Of a stretch of 64,000 bases of DNA, positions 34,363 through 47,016 are shown one piece after another. Made by a program: the position numbers and the translations under genes. The number at the start of each line of letters is the position of its first letter. The stretch's first letter is position 1. The notes under the pieces are model-generated. The model was not told where the DNA came from. It saw nothing but the letters and a program-made list of their open reading frames with translations, and did not search any database. Origin of the DNA: Macrostomum hystrix (Eukaryota > Animalia > Platyhelminthes); contig CATNEN010000039.1 of assembly GCA_950097015.1 (NCBI GenBank), positions 10,664,001-10,728,000 of the forward strand, written 5' to 3'.

Positions 34363-34979
34363 GGAAAACGGGCTTCGTGGAGCGCCTCTGGCATATGCTA
34401 ATCGATCCGATTTCTCAAGAACTCGTCACCTGGGACTCAACCGACCTCTCATTTTCCATTCTGGATGGAGACGGTCTGGCTCGCTCGATCATTCCAAGGT
34501 ACTTCCGGCACAGCCGCTTGAGCAGCTTCACCAGGCAACTCAACTTGTACGGCTTCCGGCGGTTGCCAGGAGGACGTCCAATCAGCTTTCAGCATGCGAA
34601 TTTCCGGCGCGACAGGCAGGACTGGCTGGTCCAGTTGAAGCGACCCCTGAGAAGCTCGGCCCATCGACCGCCAGGTAGAGAGCTGCCGACGTCATTAGCT
34701 CCATCAGCGCCGCCGCCGATACTGCGACCCCAGCCGCAGCAACCCCCTAGGCAACCACCGCTATCGGCGTTTCTCATACAGCATCCGACGCAGTCGCAAC
34801 CGTTGCCATCCAATGAATTGCTCGGCCAGCAAATTTTAACACAGCTGCAGCAGCCGCCGCCACTGCTATTCTACTCGCAATGGCCTGCCCATCAGACAAG
34901 AATGTTGCTTGTTGGACCGCCACTAACGCTAATTCCATCGCCGTCACTAATGACGCGGTGGCCAGCACGTACCGCTTAG
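34363..34979 (+). CDS. Heat-shock-factor DNA-binding-domain protein with Pro/Gln-rich tail (unit B); 5' end unresolved
   Basis: FVERLWHMLIDP...VTWD...SFSI...IIPRYFRHSRLSSFTRQLNLYGFRR...FQHANFRRD...LKR matches the HSF DBD consensus. It is preceded by the acceptor-like TTTTCGTTTCAG; no heptad-repeat oligomerisation region is seen. Confidence 0.75.
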
Positions 34980-35652
34980 GTCGAGATTTTTGTAGTCATC
35001 GAGGCCTGTACCAAATATTTTGCAATAATGGCAGCTTTGGCATTAGAATAAGCGAAAAGCCTTAAGGATAGTGGAAGCTAAACAGAGTTTTAAACGCACA
35101 ATAAAGAGACAGCAATTTCATTTCTCCAACTTTCAGCGAGCGTTTTGCCCAGTGTTTAGATCTCCGGACTTCTATCCGAGAGGTCAAGAGTTCGAAACCC
35201 TGTCTAATTCCCTTTATTGTGATTCAGCGGAGCTCCAATTCAATTTGAGCGGATGACACGGCCACTCCGGAGAAAGTATGTTAAAACACTGTTTATCATT
35301 TTTTTCATTCCTTTGCGTCACAATGCCTAACCCAGTGAGTAGTATATTGTGCGTATGTTGCTTTTTAATATTTGTTTTAGCTTTACTCGCCTAGAACTCT
35401 ACAGTTCTGGTCCTAGGATAGAAGGACACTGTACACAATTCGTTCATCATCCTTGTGTTGTTACGCTGACTCATTAAAGAACTAAATTTTAAGGCATAGT
35501 TTAAGTATAATTATTTCGCCAACACCAACCATTGATGAATTTTATGTATTTATCAGAAATGAATTATTCATCTCTGCATGTAATATAAATTCAATAAAAT
35601 TTAGAGTCCACAAATTTCATCGTTTGAGTTCATGCCCAAATTGCTGATATTT

Positions 35653-38600
35653 TCAATTCAAAGAATAGATGCTGTTGTAGCCGTCGCCGCCGCACACCTG
35701 TCTGGAGTTGCCCTTGCAGCGCTTGCTGCATTTCGCGGCTTTGGCGTCGCCGTACGAGCCGTACTGCTCGCCGCAGAAGCACTTCCTGCCGTCCTGCACG
35801 CCGAAGAACATGTAGATCTTGCCCGCCTTCTTGCACAGGCGGTAGCATTTGCCAAGGCTCATGTCGTTTGAGGTACCGGCGTGCAGAGCAAGATCAGGCT
35901 CCTCTGCCTTGTCGAGATAGCAGCCTTTGGAGTCTGGAAAGATTGCAATGTTAGCAATGACTGTTCATGGCAGATTTCAAAATTGTCTTACCGCTGGTTG
36001 ACAAATGATGCGTTTTTGTCCAATGCATCTCTCCGTGGGTAAGAGCTTTTAATGGTTTTCTTGTTCCTGCTACACAGTGGCTATAATAATTATTGATTCG
36101 GCCCTAGCCACTTCAACTACAGGACTTATTATTGAGGAAGTGAGAATTCACCAAATGGCAGAATCGACACTCGGCGCCGATATTTAAGCGCCAATTTTTG
36201 CTCTATGGCAAAAATAAATCGATAGCGTTCGATCGCCGTCTATGGCCGTCTATGGCCATTACATGAAATTCTCACTTTTAATTAACTCGTGCCCCCACAT
36301 AAAGGCGCCTCAGAGATACTCGAGTTTAAATGATGATCGCTTTTGCTTAAACGAGTACTATTGTAAAGACCTAGAAATTTACCGTACACAACCACTCCGG
36401 TAGTAAAGACTTCATTTCTCCAGTTTCCACCGCAGGTGCGGCTCTTGTCGCCCCAGCACTTTCTCTGGCACTCGGTGTTGCTGACGCGTCCGTAACGACC
36501 GTACGAGTTGCCGCAGTGGCACCAGTCGCCAGCTTGTAGGCTAGCGTAGCGGAAGTTCTTGTCCTTGCAGTAGTTGACGCAGAACTCTTTCGTTGTTCGC
36601 GTGCCGGCCTTGAGCGACAGTGGTAGGTCTCTTTCGCTTTTGTCCTTGAAACAGCCCAGTCTGATACCATCTGGGTTAATGTTTTGTTATATTTAGATAA
36701 GAACTTTTTTGAGGTTATAGAAGCGGACTTCCTGAGATTATCAAGCAATTCGTACGAGTATAGTACAGCTAATGTTCTGTGGTGTCGATAGAGCCTACAG
36801 CCAATGCTCTTACCAGACTTCTTGATGCCCGTTTCGAAGATCTCATTGCGCCACTCGCCGCCGCAAGTCTGCTTCGGGTCGCCCCAGCACTGTCGATAGC
36901 AGTCAGCGTCCTGAGCCTTTCCGTACCGACCGTACTTATTGCCGCAGGTGCACCAGTCACCGGCCTGTAGACCAGCGTACTTGTATCCCCTGGCTTTGCA
37001 GTAGTTGATGCAGAAGTTCCTCTCTGTTCGCTTGCCGGAATGGAATGCGTGCGACATGTCTCTGCTCGACTTGTCCACGTAGCAACCAATGCGATTTGTA
37101 AGGGCTCCTGCATGCACAGATTTCAATGTTCAGTAGGTAGAGAGTTTTCCCCTGAAGTTTAGTACATGGCTACAGTCATATATGCGCAAAATAAAATAAA
37201 AAATAGTTTAAATCAAAAGAGTTTCACTTACTGACACCCCTGGCACCGGTGGTGAAGACCTCGTTTTTCCATCGGCCACCACACTTTCGACTTCTGTCGC
37301 CGAAGCAGTTCACATTGCAGTCAGAGTCGCTTGTCTTTCTGTATCGGCCATACGAGTTTCCGCAGAAGCACCAGTCACCAGCCTGGAGCCCAGCGTACTT
37401 GTAGCCTCTGGCACTGCAGAATTTGACGCAGAACTGCTTCGTGTTGTGGCTTCCGGCTCGAAGAGCGATCGGCAGATCTCGCCCGCTGCCCTTGTCCTCG
37501 TAGCAGCCCTGTCTGATACCATCTGACAAAGGTATCGTTGAGTTGGCGATTCGTTTCTCTGAGTAAACTAAACTGCATGAGTGAGATGGACAGATATAAA
37601 TGAAACAGCCCAATACGGTAGATGTATCTGTGAGCAGATGTCTGTGAAGTCTACCACAGTTACCCAGTCGATGCAAAAACCTATTTTATGGTGTTAATTG
37701 TGTGTCTCTATTGTTTTTCTTACGCTTAAATAGACCTCACGGTCAAAAGTCCGAATGGCAAGTCTCTGGGCTACAAGCCATCAGTACTGAGAGAACGCCT
37801 AAGAGAATATGCATGATCAGGATTACCTGACTCAGTGATGCCAGTGTTGAAGATCTCATTGCGCCACTCGCCGCCGCAAGTCTGATGCGGGTCGCCCCAG
37901 CACTGCCTGTAGCAGTCAACGTCCTGAGCCCTGCCGTACCGGCCGTACTTATTGCCGCAGGTGCACCAGTCACCGGCCTGTAGACCAGCGTACTTGTATC
38001 CCCTGGCTTTGCAGTAGTTGATGCAGAAGTTCCTCTCTGTTCGCTTGCCGGAATGGAATGCGTGCGACATGTCTCTGCTCGACTTGTCCACGTAGCAACC
38101 AATGCGGTTGGTGAGTCTTCCTGTACGTCGGTGGATGACAAGTTTATGGAAGGTTCTCGTAAAAATCTATTGTATTATGCACATGGCGTCAAGCACAACT
38201 GCATATTATATAGATGTATGAGTAGGAAGCGTTTTTGGAATGATTGATCGCGAGTGCTCACTGGATCCGCTGGCGCCAGTGGTGAAGATCTCGTTTCTCC
38301 AGCCTCCGCCACAGGTTTGGCTTCTGTCACCGAAGCAGGATGATCTGCACTCGTTATCGCCAACTTTTCTGTATCTGCCGTACGAGTTGCCGCAGTTGCA
38401 CCAGTCACCAGCCTGCATGCCGGCGTACCTGTAGCCCCTGGATCGACAGAAGTTCAGGCAGAACGCTTTGGTATTGCTGTTTCCTGCTTTGAGCGCAATC
38501 GAAAGGTCCCGACCGCTGCCTCTGTCCTCGTAGCAGCCCAATCTGATTCCGTCTGAAGTGAGAAACTGTCGCGAATATATATGAACAGGCCAGTTTTTAT

Positions 38601-39996
38601 CTTAATTGTCAGAATATCTCGTACCAGACTCAGTGATGCCAGTGTTGAAGATCTCATTTCTCCACGGTCCGCCGCAAGTCTGGTGTGGGTCACCCCAGCA
38701 CTGGCTGTGGCAGTCCGTGTCCGCAGACCTGCCGTATCGACCGTAGGAGTTGCCGCAGCTGCACCAGTCACCGGCCTGTAGACCAGCGTACCTGTATCCT
38801 CTAGCCTTGCAGTAGTTGATGCAGAAATTTCTCTCGGTTCGGGATCCAGAGTGGATTATCTGTGACATGTCTCTGCTCGAACGGTCCGCAAAGCAGCCGA
38901 TGCGGTTAGTTAGGGCTCCTAGAATGAGGACAAACACTCTTGCTTATAATCTTAACTGATTGGCATAAAATTAAGTACGATAGTTAATTGGTGAAGCTTT
39001 GCTCACTAGATCCGCTGGCACCAGTGGTGAATACCTCATTTCTCCAGCCTCCACCGCAGGTGCGGCTTCTGTCGCCGAAGCAGGATGATCTGCACTCGTT
39101 GTCGCCAACTCTTCTGTAGCGGCCGTAAGAGTTGCCGCAGTTGCACCAGTCACCGGCCTGCATTCCGGCGTACCTGTAGCCCCTGGATCGGCAGAAGCTC
39201 ACGCAGAACTCTCTGGTGTTGTGATTGCCAGCCTTCAGTGCGATTGGAAGGTCCCGACCGTTGCCTCTGTCCTCGTAGCAGCCGATTCGGATTCCGTCTG
39301 TAATGCATTCATGTTCAGGCTATAGCAACTCGCATTTTCGTCCGACTATGCTACTAAGGTTCCGGAGCTCGAATCCGCTCGGGTACCATGGTGAAGCTCA
39401 TGAGGAGAGACTGCTTTGAGGGCTGTCGTTCAATTCTGGCCGTTGAGGTCCAACCCAGTAAGAGTGTCTCTGCTTGACGACGACAAAGTCAGGGCAGATG
39501 TTAGTCTATTCCAATGGTTGAAGACAAGCGATTGAAAGTGAGTCATCCAACAGTAGCCGACAGCTTACCAGTAGCCTGGATGTCCGTTGTGAAGATCTCG
39601 TTTCTCCAGCCGCCGCCGCATGTCTGGCTTCTGTCGCCGTGGCATCTACTGCGGCAGTCGGAGTCGCGCGCCCTACCATAGCGGCCGTACGAGTTGCCGC
39701 AGAAGCACCAGTCTCCAGCTTGCAGGCCGAAAAACCTGTAGCCTCTGGACTTGCAGTAGTTCAAGCAGAAGTTCCTATTCGTTCTGCCCCTGGAGTGGAT
39801 CACGTGCGACAGATCGCGACCGTGGCCCCTGTCCACGAAGCAGCCAAGTCGGTACGACTCTGCATCGCAGTGGAAGCATTGAGTTATCAATCGGCTGCAA
39901 ATATGAGGTATATGAGCAAGTCTCTAAAGTAATGCGAAACCTATACTCACCAACATTAGCAACGATAGTAACAAGTACTACTGCCAGTAGCAGCAT
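35653..39996 (-). CDS. Secreted poly-WSC-domain protein, copy B: signal exon + 9 WSC exons + linker exon
   Basis: Same architecture as copy A. WSC exons at about 39860-39569, 39297-39008, 38918-38624, 38552-38261, 38120-37827, 37522-37232, 37107-36814, 36670-36383 and 35935-35653. The three X/Y pairs are more diverged from each other than in copy A. Confidence 0.85.
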
Positions 39997-42067
39997 GGTC
40001 GCTCTCGATGAGAATCCAATGAATTTTAAAACCAAGCGGACGTTCCTGACGCTGCCCTGCAACTACCGCAAGGTGCTATATAGATCTAATCGGGCCCACT
40101 CAGTTCGATTCTCCCGCTACGGGGAGGTGGGTTGGCTCCTCTCCGGTGTCGCCTCGCAGCTGTGATCTTGGCAGGATGACAGACGCCTTGACCATCGCGG
40201 TGGCCAAGAGAGGCTCCGTGGGCGGCAGTGAGCGAATACCCCGGCCTTACAAACAGAGCTCGCTTTGCGAAAGCTGTTCCATGAAATGAGAGCAGCAGGA
40301 CAGCGTGCGTTTCGGGGGCTTATTGGTTGAAGAGGGCGACTTCGAAAAGTTACATTTAAAAAAAAATCGAAGAATGACCACGAATTCCTTGTTTTTTCTT
40401 CCCAAGTGAATCTAGAAATTTTGGAACAAAAAAAGAACTTTTTAGTTAAAAGTTGCACGGCGTTGAAACAATTAATATATTTATAAGGGCGAATCAACGT
40501 TGAATATTTTTTGGATATAATTATTTTACTTCGGAAAGATTTAGACAAGAAAATACGCTCGTATGCAACTATTTTCTGACGATTCACACGTAGTTTTATA
40601 AGCTAGCAGTTCGTTTTTGGAATTGTTAGAAGATTTAAGTTGCAGTGTAAATTTACGAGTGTATTGCACTGTCACTGACCTAGGGCTACTAGTCTACTCT
40701 ATATTTAGTCTGTTTCTCGGTTAACTTTAAGGGAAATATTTTTCAGGAACTTTCCATGTGTCTAATGATTTAATATGTGTGACGTTATATCAAAATCAAC
40801 CTTTCATACCCGCTCCACATTCCACTCTAAACTAGGAATCTTCATTCATTTGCTAGCTAATAAAATGAAGCGTACGGGCATTAAGTGTCTAACTGAAGAG
40901 CTCTTGGCCCAAATTTTGCGTTTTGCGAAGCAAGAAAGAAGAACTGAGACGAAAATTCGATGGTTGGTAGTCTAGACTAGGAGAACAAGAGGAATATGGA
41001 GCAAGACGGATGGAGATGTGAGAAACGGAGGGAGATGGGAGAGACGGAGGGAGATTGGTTGAGGGTAGAGATGGAGGTTTTGGAGAGAAAGGGATTATGG
41101 AAGAGGTGGAGGGAGAGGAGAGAGATTGAGGGAGAAGGGTGTCATGAAGGGAGAGGGGAGAGATGAAGGCAGAGGTGAGAGGGAAGAGACTGAGGTATAT
41201 ATGAGAGATTGAGAGATTGAGGGTGAGTAAAAAGTGCCAATAACTTGCTATTGTAAGAAAATTACACCGATAGAAAAACATTACTCCAGTAGCAAAACTT
41301 TTCTAGCATTAATCCATGATTCAGCAGTTTTTTAGAACAAACATTTTTTCAAAAAATAAGACAGTTACATTGTCTTTCCCAATGAAGCGCGGTCTCGTAG
41401 AAGTTCAACAGGAGGTAGGTGAGACTCCTTTACCAATCAATGGCTGCTCTGGAGTGGCCTGACATACATTACGCTCGCATCTATATAACTTACAAGGCAA
41501 AATTTTTATATGCGAGTAATTTTTTTGCACAAGTCAACAAGTTGAGGCTTTTGATAGCACGGAAAGTTGTGGTTCTAAAATGCATGTTAGAATATCTTTG
41601 GAATTCTCACAGAGCTTGAAACCATGTTGTTCACACACACAGTCAAGTTTATAAACAATTTCTTTATTATTTAAATGTTACGAAAAGTTTTCGGCCTGTT
41701 TATCCAAGTTTGTGAAACAAACACGAATTAGTAGCAGTAGTAGTCGGAATTTGGCTCAGGCAAACTGTCTGTTTGGCTAGTAACACGATATATTATATTA
41801 TCGAAGCGATCGAAATTTAAAGCGAAGTAATAAATATGCTGTATTGGGTTTTAATAAATGAAGTGAAAGCGGTGGTTCGCTTAGTAGTTTTAAGGTTGTG
41901 TTTGAAGGAGTAAAAAGACGGTTCAATTTTAGGCCCAGTACCTTCTATATATTTATAGATATAAATGGCTTTATGGAAAGTTCTTTACGATTATAACAAA
42001 TATAATATAACTAATTTCGTACAGTCTAAGGTTGATGCAAACAAAGTAAATGAGCATGCTTTAAATA

Positions 42068-42102
<35 letters not shown>

Positions 42103-42830
42103 TAATACTTTTATAACAAAATAATTCTTAAAGAAAATCTAAGAAAATTATCTAAGAATCTAAGAAATAGAAATTTCTACGGTAGAAAACTATTTTTAGT
42201 AAGACGTTACAATAACAGTTTTACGATTTGGTGCAAGGCTACAATATTGTGGATTTTGTAGTACTTGTGCGCCTTGATATTTGAAATTGAAAGAGTGCAA
42301 ACAAAAAATTTAGCATGAAAAGCGTGATTCACGAACTTGACTTAACGAATTTGAACTTACAGGGCTAGAAATGCACTGTAGTGCAAAATATGCTTTGGTA
42401 TCCGCAACAAATGGAAATTCAATAAAATCGAACAAGTATAAGTTATTTCAGAAGTTCGTGAATAAAACTCAACAAATCTCTAGCAAGGAAATGACTAATA
42501 AAAAGCATGTCTTAACTAAGACACTAATTTTTTTGTTTATATATTTTTCAAATATGGGATATCTCCCCAGTTTCAAAATATAAAATAAAACAGTCAAGTT
42601 AGCTAAATTTGCTTGATTGAGCGTGCTATAATATGTAGATAAATAAATAAATATATATATATATAGGGCTGAGTAATGAGCGTAAAAGACGCCAAAGTGG
42701 GCATTGAAAGCGTGGAGAGTTTAACTAAAAAGGAAACTAATTCAAAATATTAATTTCAGTACTAACGCATTGACGCATTATCGCATTTTCATATTTGAGA
42801 AAGTCAGGGGCCGATCAGTCGGATATCATT

Positions 42831-43130
42831 TTAATTTAGGTTGTTTCGAGTTTTGTAAATCTCGTCAATAGCTTTGAGGTCTTTGTCTTTGAAAGTCTTT
42901 GAAATTCTGATTTCATTTACAGCAAATCCAAGCCTGCAGAAGTGCTGCATGCTCATGGTTTCTTCGCCGAAAGACATTATTCTAATATTCTGCGTTCGCG
43001 TGCATTCGGTCACATAGTGAATGATGTCGTTTCCATAATTTTTACAGTCTACACGATTACTTATTTGGTATGAATTCGCTTTTTAGTTTTATCATGGTTT
43101 CTAAGAGCTTCTTGTTTCGGAAGACGCCAT
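42831..43130 (-). mobile_element. Probable 3' fragment of a non-LTR retrotransposon (decayed CCHC knuckle)
   Basis: Minus strand reads SCRL*KNYGNDIIHYVTECTRT, resembling the CxxC..HxxxxC zinc knuckle of LINE ORF2. It lies in a block (about 41730-43140) absent from unit A. Confidence 0.4.
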
Positions 43131-43224
43131 TAACCATTTTAATTAACCATAATTAACCGTTGCTGATAACAAAGTTTGAATTATACGCAAAAATTAGGTC
43201 TACGAAATTACGATTACGTAACAG

Positions 43225-43786
43225 TGTGGCGTAAAACCCTGCGTGGCGGAGAGTGCCTCGTGTACGCCTGTGCACGTGACTCCAATGTATGCGCTACGTA
43301 TGAGTGATGTTACTTGCTATTTTTAGCAACAGAGCCATTTATCATTGCTTATTTTGACGTCAGTTTCTATTTTTAGAAACTCACATGACTGTTTCTCTAC
43401 TTCAATCTTCCCTCTTTAGGCAGTGCTGTTATTACTTATCCTTTCTCTCTCTTTTCTCACCCGCTCGATCATTTTCATCTTTTACGCTCTGGCCCGTTTT
43501 CACTGGCTGCATTCCCGCTATTAGCGGTTTGAAAGACTTGGTGAAATTAAAACTGCAATAAACAATCTCCTTCAACCGCTGAGATCCAGTTGATCATGGC
43601 TAGCGAATTAGGTCAATGCCAGTCTGCGCGAGCTCGTTGTCTCTGGCCATTTGCTTTACGAGCTTAACAAAAAAAACTGGAAAACTATACTGATTCTAAA
43701 AATAACATAAACAACAAAGTCCAACCTAGCTTTAACAAATCACTATGGATTAGTAAGACGTTAACACTACACTGTCCCCTCCTAAA
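43225..43786 (-). mobile_element. Possible LTR (TG...CA, about 547 bp) with adjacent polypurine tract
   Basis: Minus strand AGGAGGGGACAG (PPT-like) is followed by TGTAGTG (from 43771); the segment ends CGCCACA at 43225. No second LTR in the window. Confidence 0.35.
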
Positions 43787-44069
43787 AGGAGAAATATATA
43801 GTAAGAGCGATCTTCACTGTCTCTGCAACGGAACTCAGCCGAGTTTCTTCTTAGTATTCAAGACTACCACTACAATGCTGAGCCGACTTCCTGACTGCAG
43901 CTTGCATGGAGCTGTATGAGTAATAATAATAGTTATACTTATTATCACAGGCATTAGCATTGTTATGAATTCTGCCGCCGTTTCTCACACATTCACTTTC
44001 ACTATCTCGGCGGATTAAAATACCCAAGTTTGGCCTCTGCATTTCTATCTGGATGGACTCCTCCGTGTC

Positions 44070-46620
44070 GTCTTCTTCTTCTTCTTCTTGCCTTTTGTCG
44101 CCTTTCGGCGTAGCTCACCGGGAGTCCCTTACTTTAGCTCTTACGCTTCACAGCTGCGTAGGTGGCGTGCCATGTTGGTGGCTGCCAGGAGGCACCCGCA
44201 CGATGGGCAGGCCTTTCGGATGCCTTTGTACACTCGCGCCACCGACGCCGGTTCCGGCTGAGTGTCGTGGCACGCCCTCGCGTGTCTGGCGTAGTTGGAC
44301 GTGCTGTACCACTTGCCGCATTGCTGGCAGTGCGTTTTGCCGTCGACTTTCTTGCCTCCGCGACACCACTTTTGGTGATTCTTTCGCGTTGCCTCGGTTC
44401 TGAACGTCTGTTGGCATTTTGCACACGGTAATTGGACGGCAACGAGCTCTCTATGCAGTCTCTTCTGGTGCATGGCTAGACCGCCCCTGGATGCGCTGAC
44501 TTTGTTGCATCCGTCGTATCTACATCGGTATCCTGTCAGCTCGTTCTCCTCTGGACTGGTGATTGATTTCTCTGTTTCCGTCGTTCTGCGGTTCCTCTTG
44601 GATCGCTCTGCCTCTTCCATACGCATCGCGTTCACTCTGCGCTTCACTGTCTCCCTCCAGCTCTCTCTGTCTCGGACGATGCGGTCGATGTCGATGGTGT
44701 CGACGCCTGCCTTCCTGACCAGTAACTTCCAGTGGTTGGTAATCGTGCGCTGTCTCATTTTGGCTTTCCTCATATTTTTTAGCTTCTTGTACCATCCCAG
44801 CACGCATTTCTTGGTGAGGCTAGTGTCGGGCATTCGGAGGACGTGGCCTAGGTGTCTGAGTGGCCGAGTTCTGCTCTGACGTCCCACATGTTCACGCCCT
44901 TTTCTTGCATCTCGACCAGAGGCGGTTTGGTCTTTTCGCTCCAGATGAAACGGTAGCGCTTGTCCATTGCTTGTTGCATCTTCTTGATGTCCGTCTTGTA
45001 GAAGGGGCGAGCTCCGGCATTGAAGGTCATGGTACTTTCCACGCATGTCTCCACAATTTTGGCTTGGGTCCGTTTCGTGAGGCGTGTTCTGGGTAGCATG
45101 TTCCTAACGCCGTGCCATGCCTTTGCGCCTCGCTGTAATCGCTGGCTGATGTCGTTCTTTCTTCCCATCCAGGTGCCGAGCACTCTTATGTCGTTACTTT
45201 CCTCCGTCCCCAAGATCGCCCTCTCTTCCTTATCGTCGTTATCGACTTGGCCGCACGACTCCGCTGCTGCTTCCAGGATGGCTCCCTGAACTGCTTTCCA
45301 GCGGGTGGTGCTCTCTTTGTCCTTCTCGTGTCTTGTTTCGCTGGTCTTCTCTTTGATCTTCTCGCTAATTTTTTCCCGGTAGGCTTCGCGTACTGTCAGC
45401 CGCTCCCAATGTATTCTTTTGGGTTTCTTCGACTGCTGGTTACGGGCGTTGGTCGTGGCCTTGCTAACCTTTTCTACCAGGGCCGGGTGCAGCGTCAGGA
45501 CCTTTGGCAGGTGGTCTGATAGATCCGTGCTGTGGTCAGTCTGAACTTTGCGCGCTATCAGGTGACGTTGGTTGCTTTTAGTAGCGAACCCATTCAATGC
45601 GTACCAGATCTTGGAGTTCGGGTTTCTCCATGTTCCGGCTTTCTTTTGTTTGAAGAATGAGTTCAGCCATACCATGTCCATACTGTCGAGCCAGGTAAGT
45701 AGTTCTTCTCCCTGTTGGTTCGTTTGGCCTGTCCCGTATTTTCCTGCGCTCGTGAAGTGGGCTGCTGCCCCTCGGCCGATGTTCGAGTTTTCCAGTCTCC
45801 TCCCACAATCACGATCATGTGTTTGGGGGCCGTGTATGTTAGTCGCTCGATTTCATTCCGGATGTCTTCCACTTCCGCCTCGTATCTGCACTTCCTTTTA
45901 CTGGTTGGTATACTGCAATGAGTAGTGCGTTGGCTATCTCACTATTATTTCTTGTTTTTGTCCTTGGTTTTCGTTCTTGTTTTTTGTTCCCTCCTCTCAC
46001 TACGCCCTTCATTTCCGATCTTGTCTCTTTCTCCTGCATGTGCTCTCCGGTGATTCACGGTGATTTTGTTTAAAGAGGTCCCACGGTTCGTTATGCCGTG
46101 ATCACTCTGTCGGGTGCGGTTTTGCCCACAGGACGTGGTTTTCAAATCACAGCCGCGGGCCTTGCACCGCCACCAGGTTCCTTTTTTGCCAGACTGGCAC
46201 CAGTCTGCCCGCTTGGCACCGATCGTGAAGGTTGGGAACCATCGCCAAGCACTCCTCCGTGTCAGCATCCTCGACAGTGCGATCGTCACCATCGCGCCAC
46301 TTTGCGGTCTGCAACTCAGCGCGTCCGCGTTTCCATGGCAACGCCGTTGGCGATATTGGATAGAAAAAATATTTCTCTAGTCTGGAAATGACTTCACACT
46401 GATCGAATTGCACTAGGACCATATTCCAACGACCTAGCATACCTTTGGCGCCGTTTCACTTTCGAAGCTACTCAATGCAGGGCTGGTTGGTCCGTCCGGA
46501 CTTTAGCCACATTGCAGGCGTCGACGTCCAGGATTAAGGGTCCACACATTTGCCGCACAGTTGCCGCTCATGCTCGCTAGCAAACTGTCCCTGTTCTGGG
46601 CTCTGCCTCCGCAGAGAAAT
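44070..46620 (-). mobile_element. RTE-like non-LTR retrotransposon, decayed, with reverse-transcriptase core deleted
   Basis: APE endonuclease motifs (IVGGDW, GKYG...NQQGEELL, TWRNP, SDHLP), post-RT region (VLGTWM...DISQRL, HLGHVLRM), four C-terminal zinc fingers, and a (GAA)n 3' tail at about 44070-44089. Multiple frameshifts. Confidence 0.82.
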
Positions 46621-47016
46621 CCGAACTGGTGTCTCATTATTAGTTTCTATCTTAAATTCGCCTATCTGGGTCTACCAATATCCCACTGATCCTGATGGAG
46701 AGAGAGATGGAGAGACGGGGGAGATGGAGAGACGGAGGGAGATGGAGAGACAGAGGGTTTTCATGGCGATGGTTGAAAATTTTGGGAGATGCAGAAAAAA
46801 ATGTGGGTATTTGAAATGGCGCCGTGGTCTTTCTACTGTAAAAGAAGAAATCTTGAGGCTAAGTTTCAATGAAAATATCCCCCCAACACCAACCAGTCCA
46901 GGAAAAATTATTTTTTAATTGATCAGAAACGAATCATTCATCTCTGTGCGTAACATTAATTCAATAAAACTTTGCCTCCAAAAATGTTCAAGGTAATCCC
47001 CAAATAGCTGATATTT

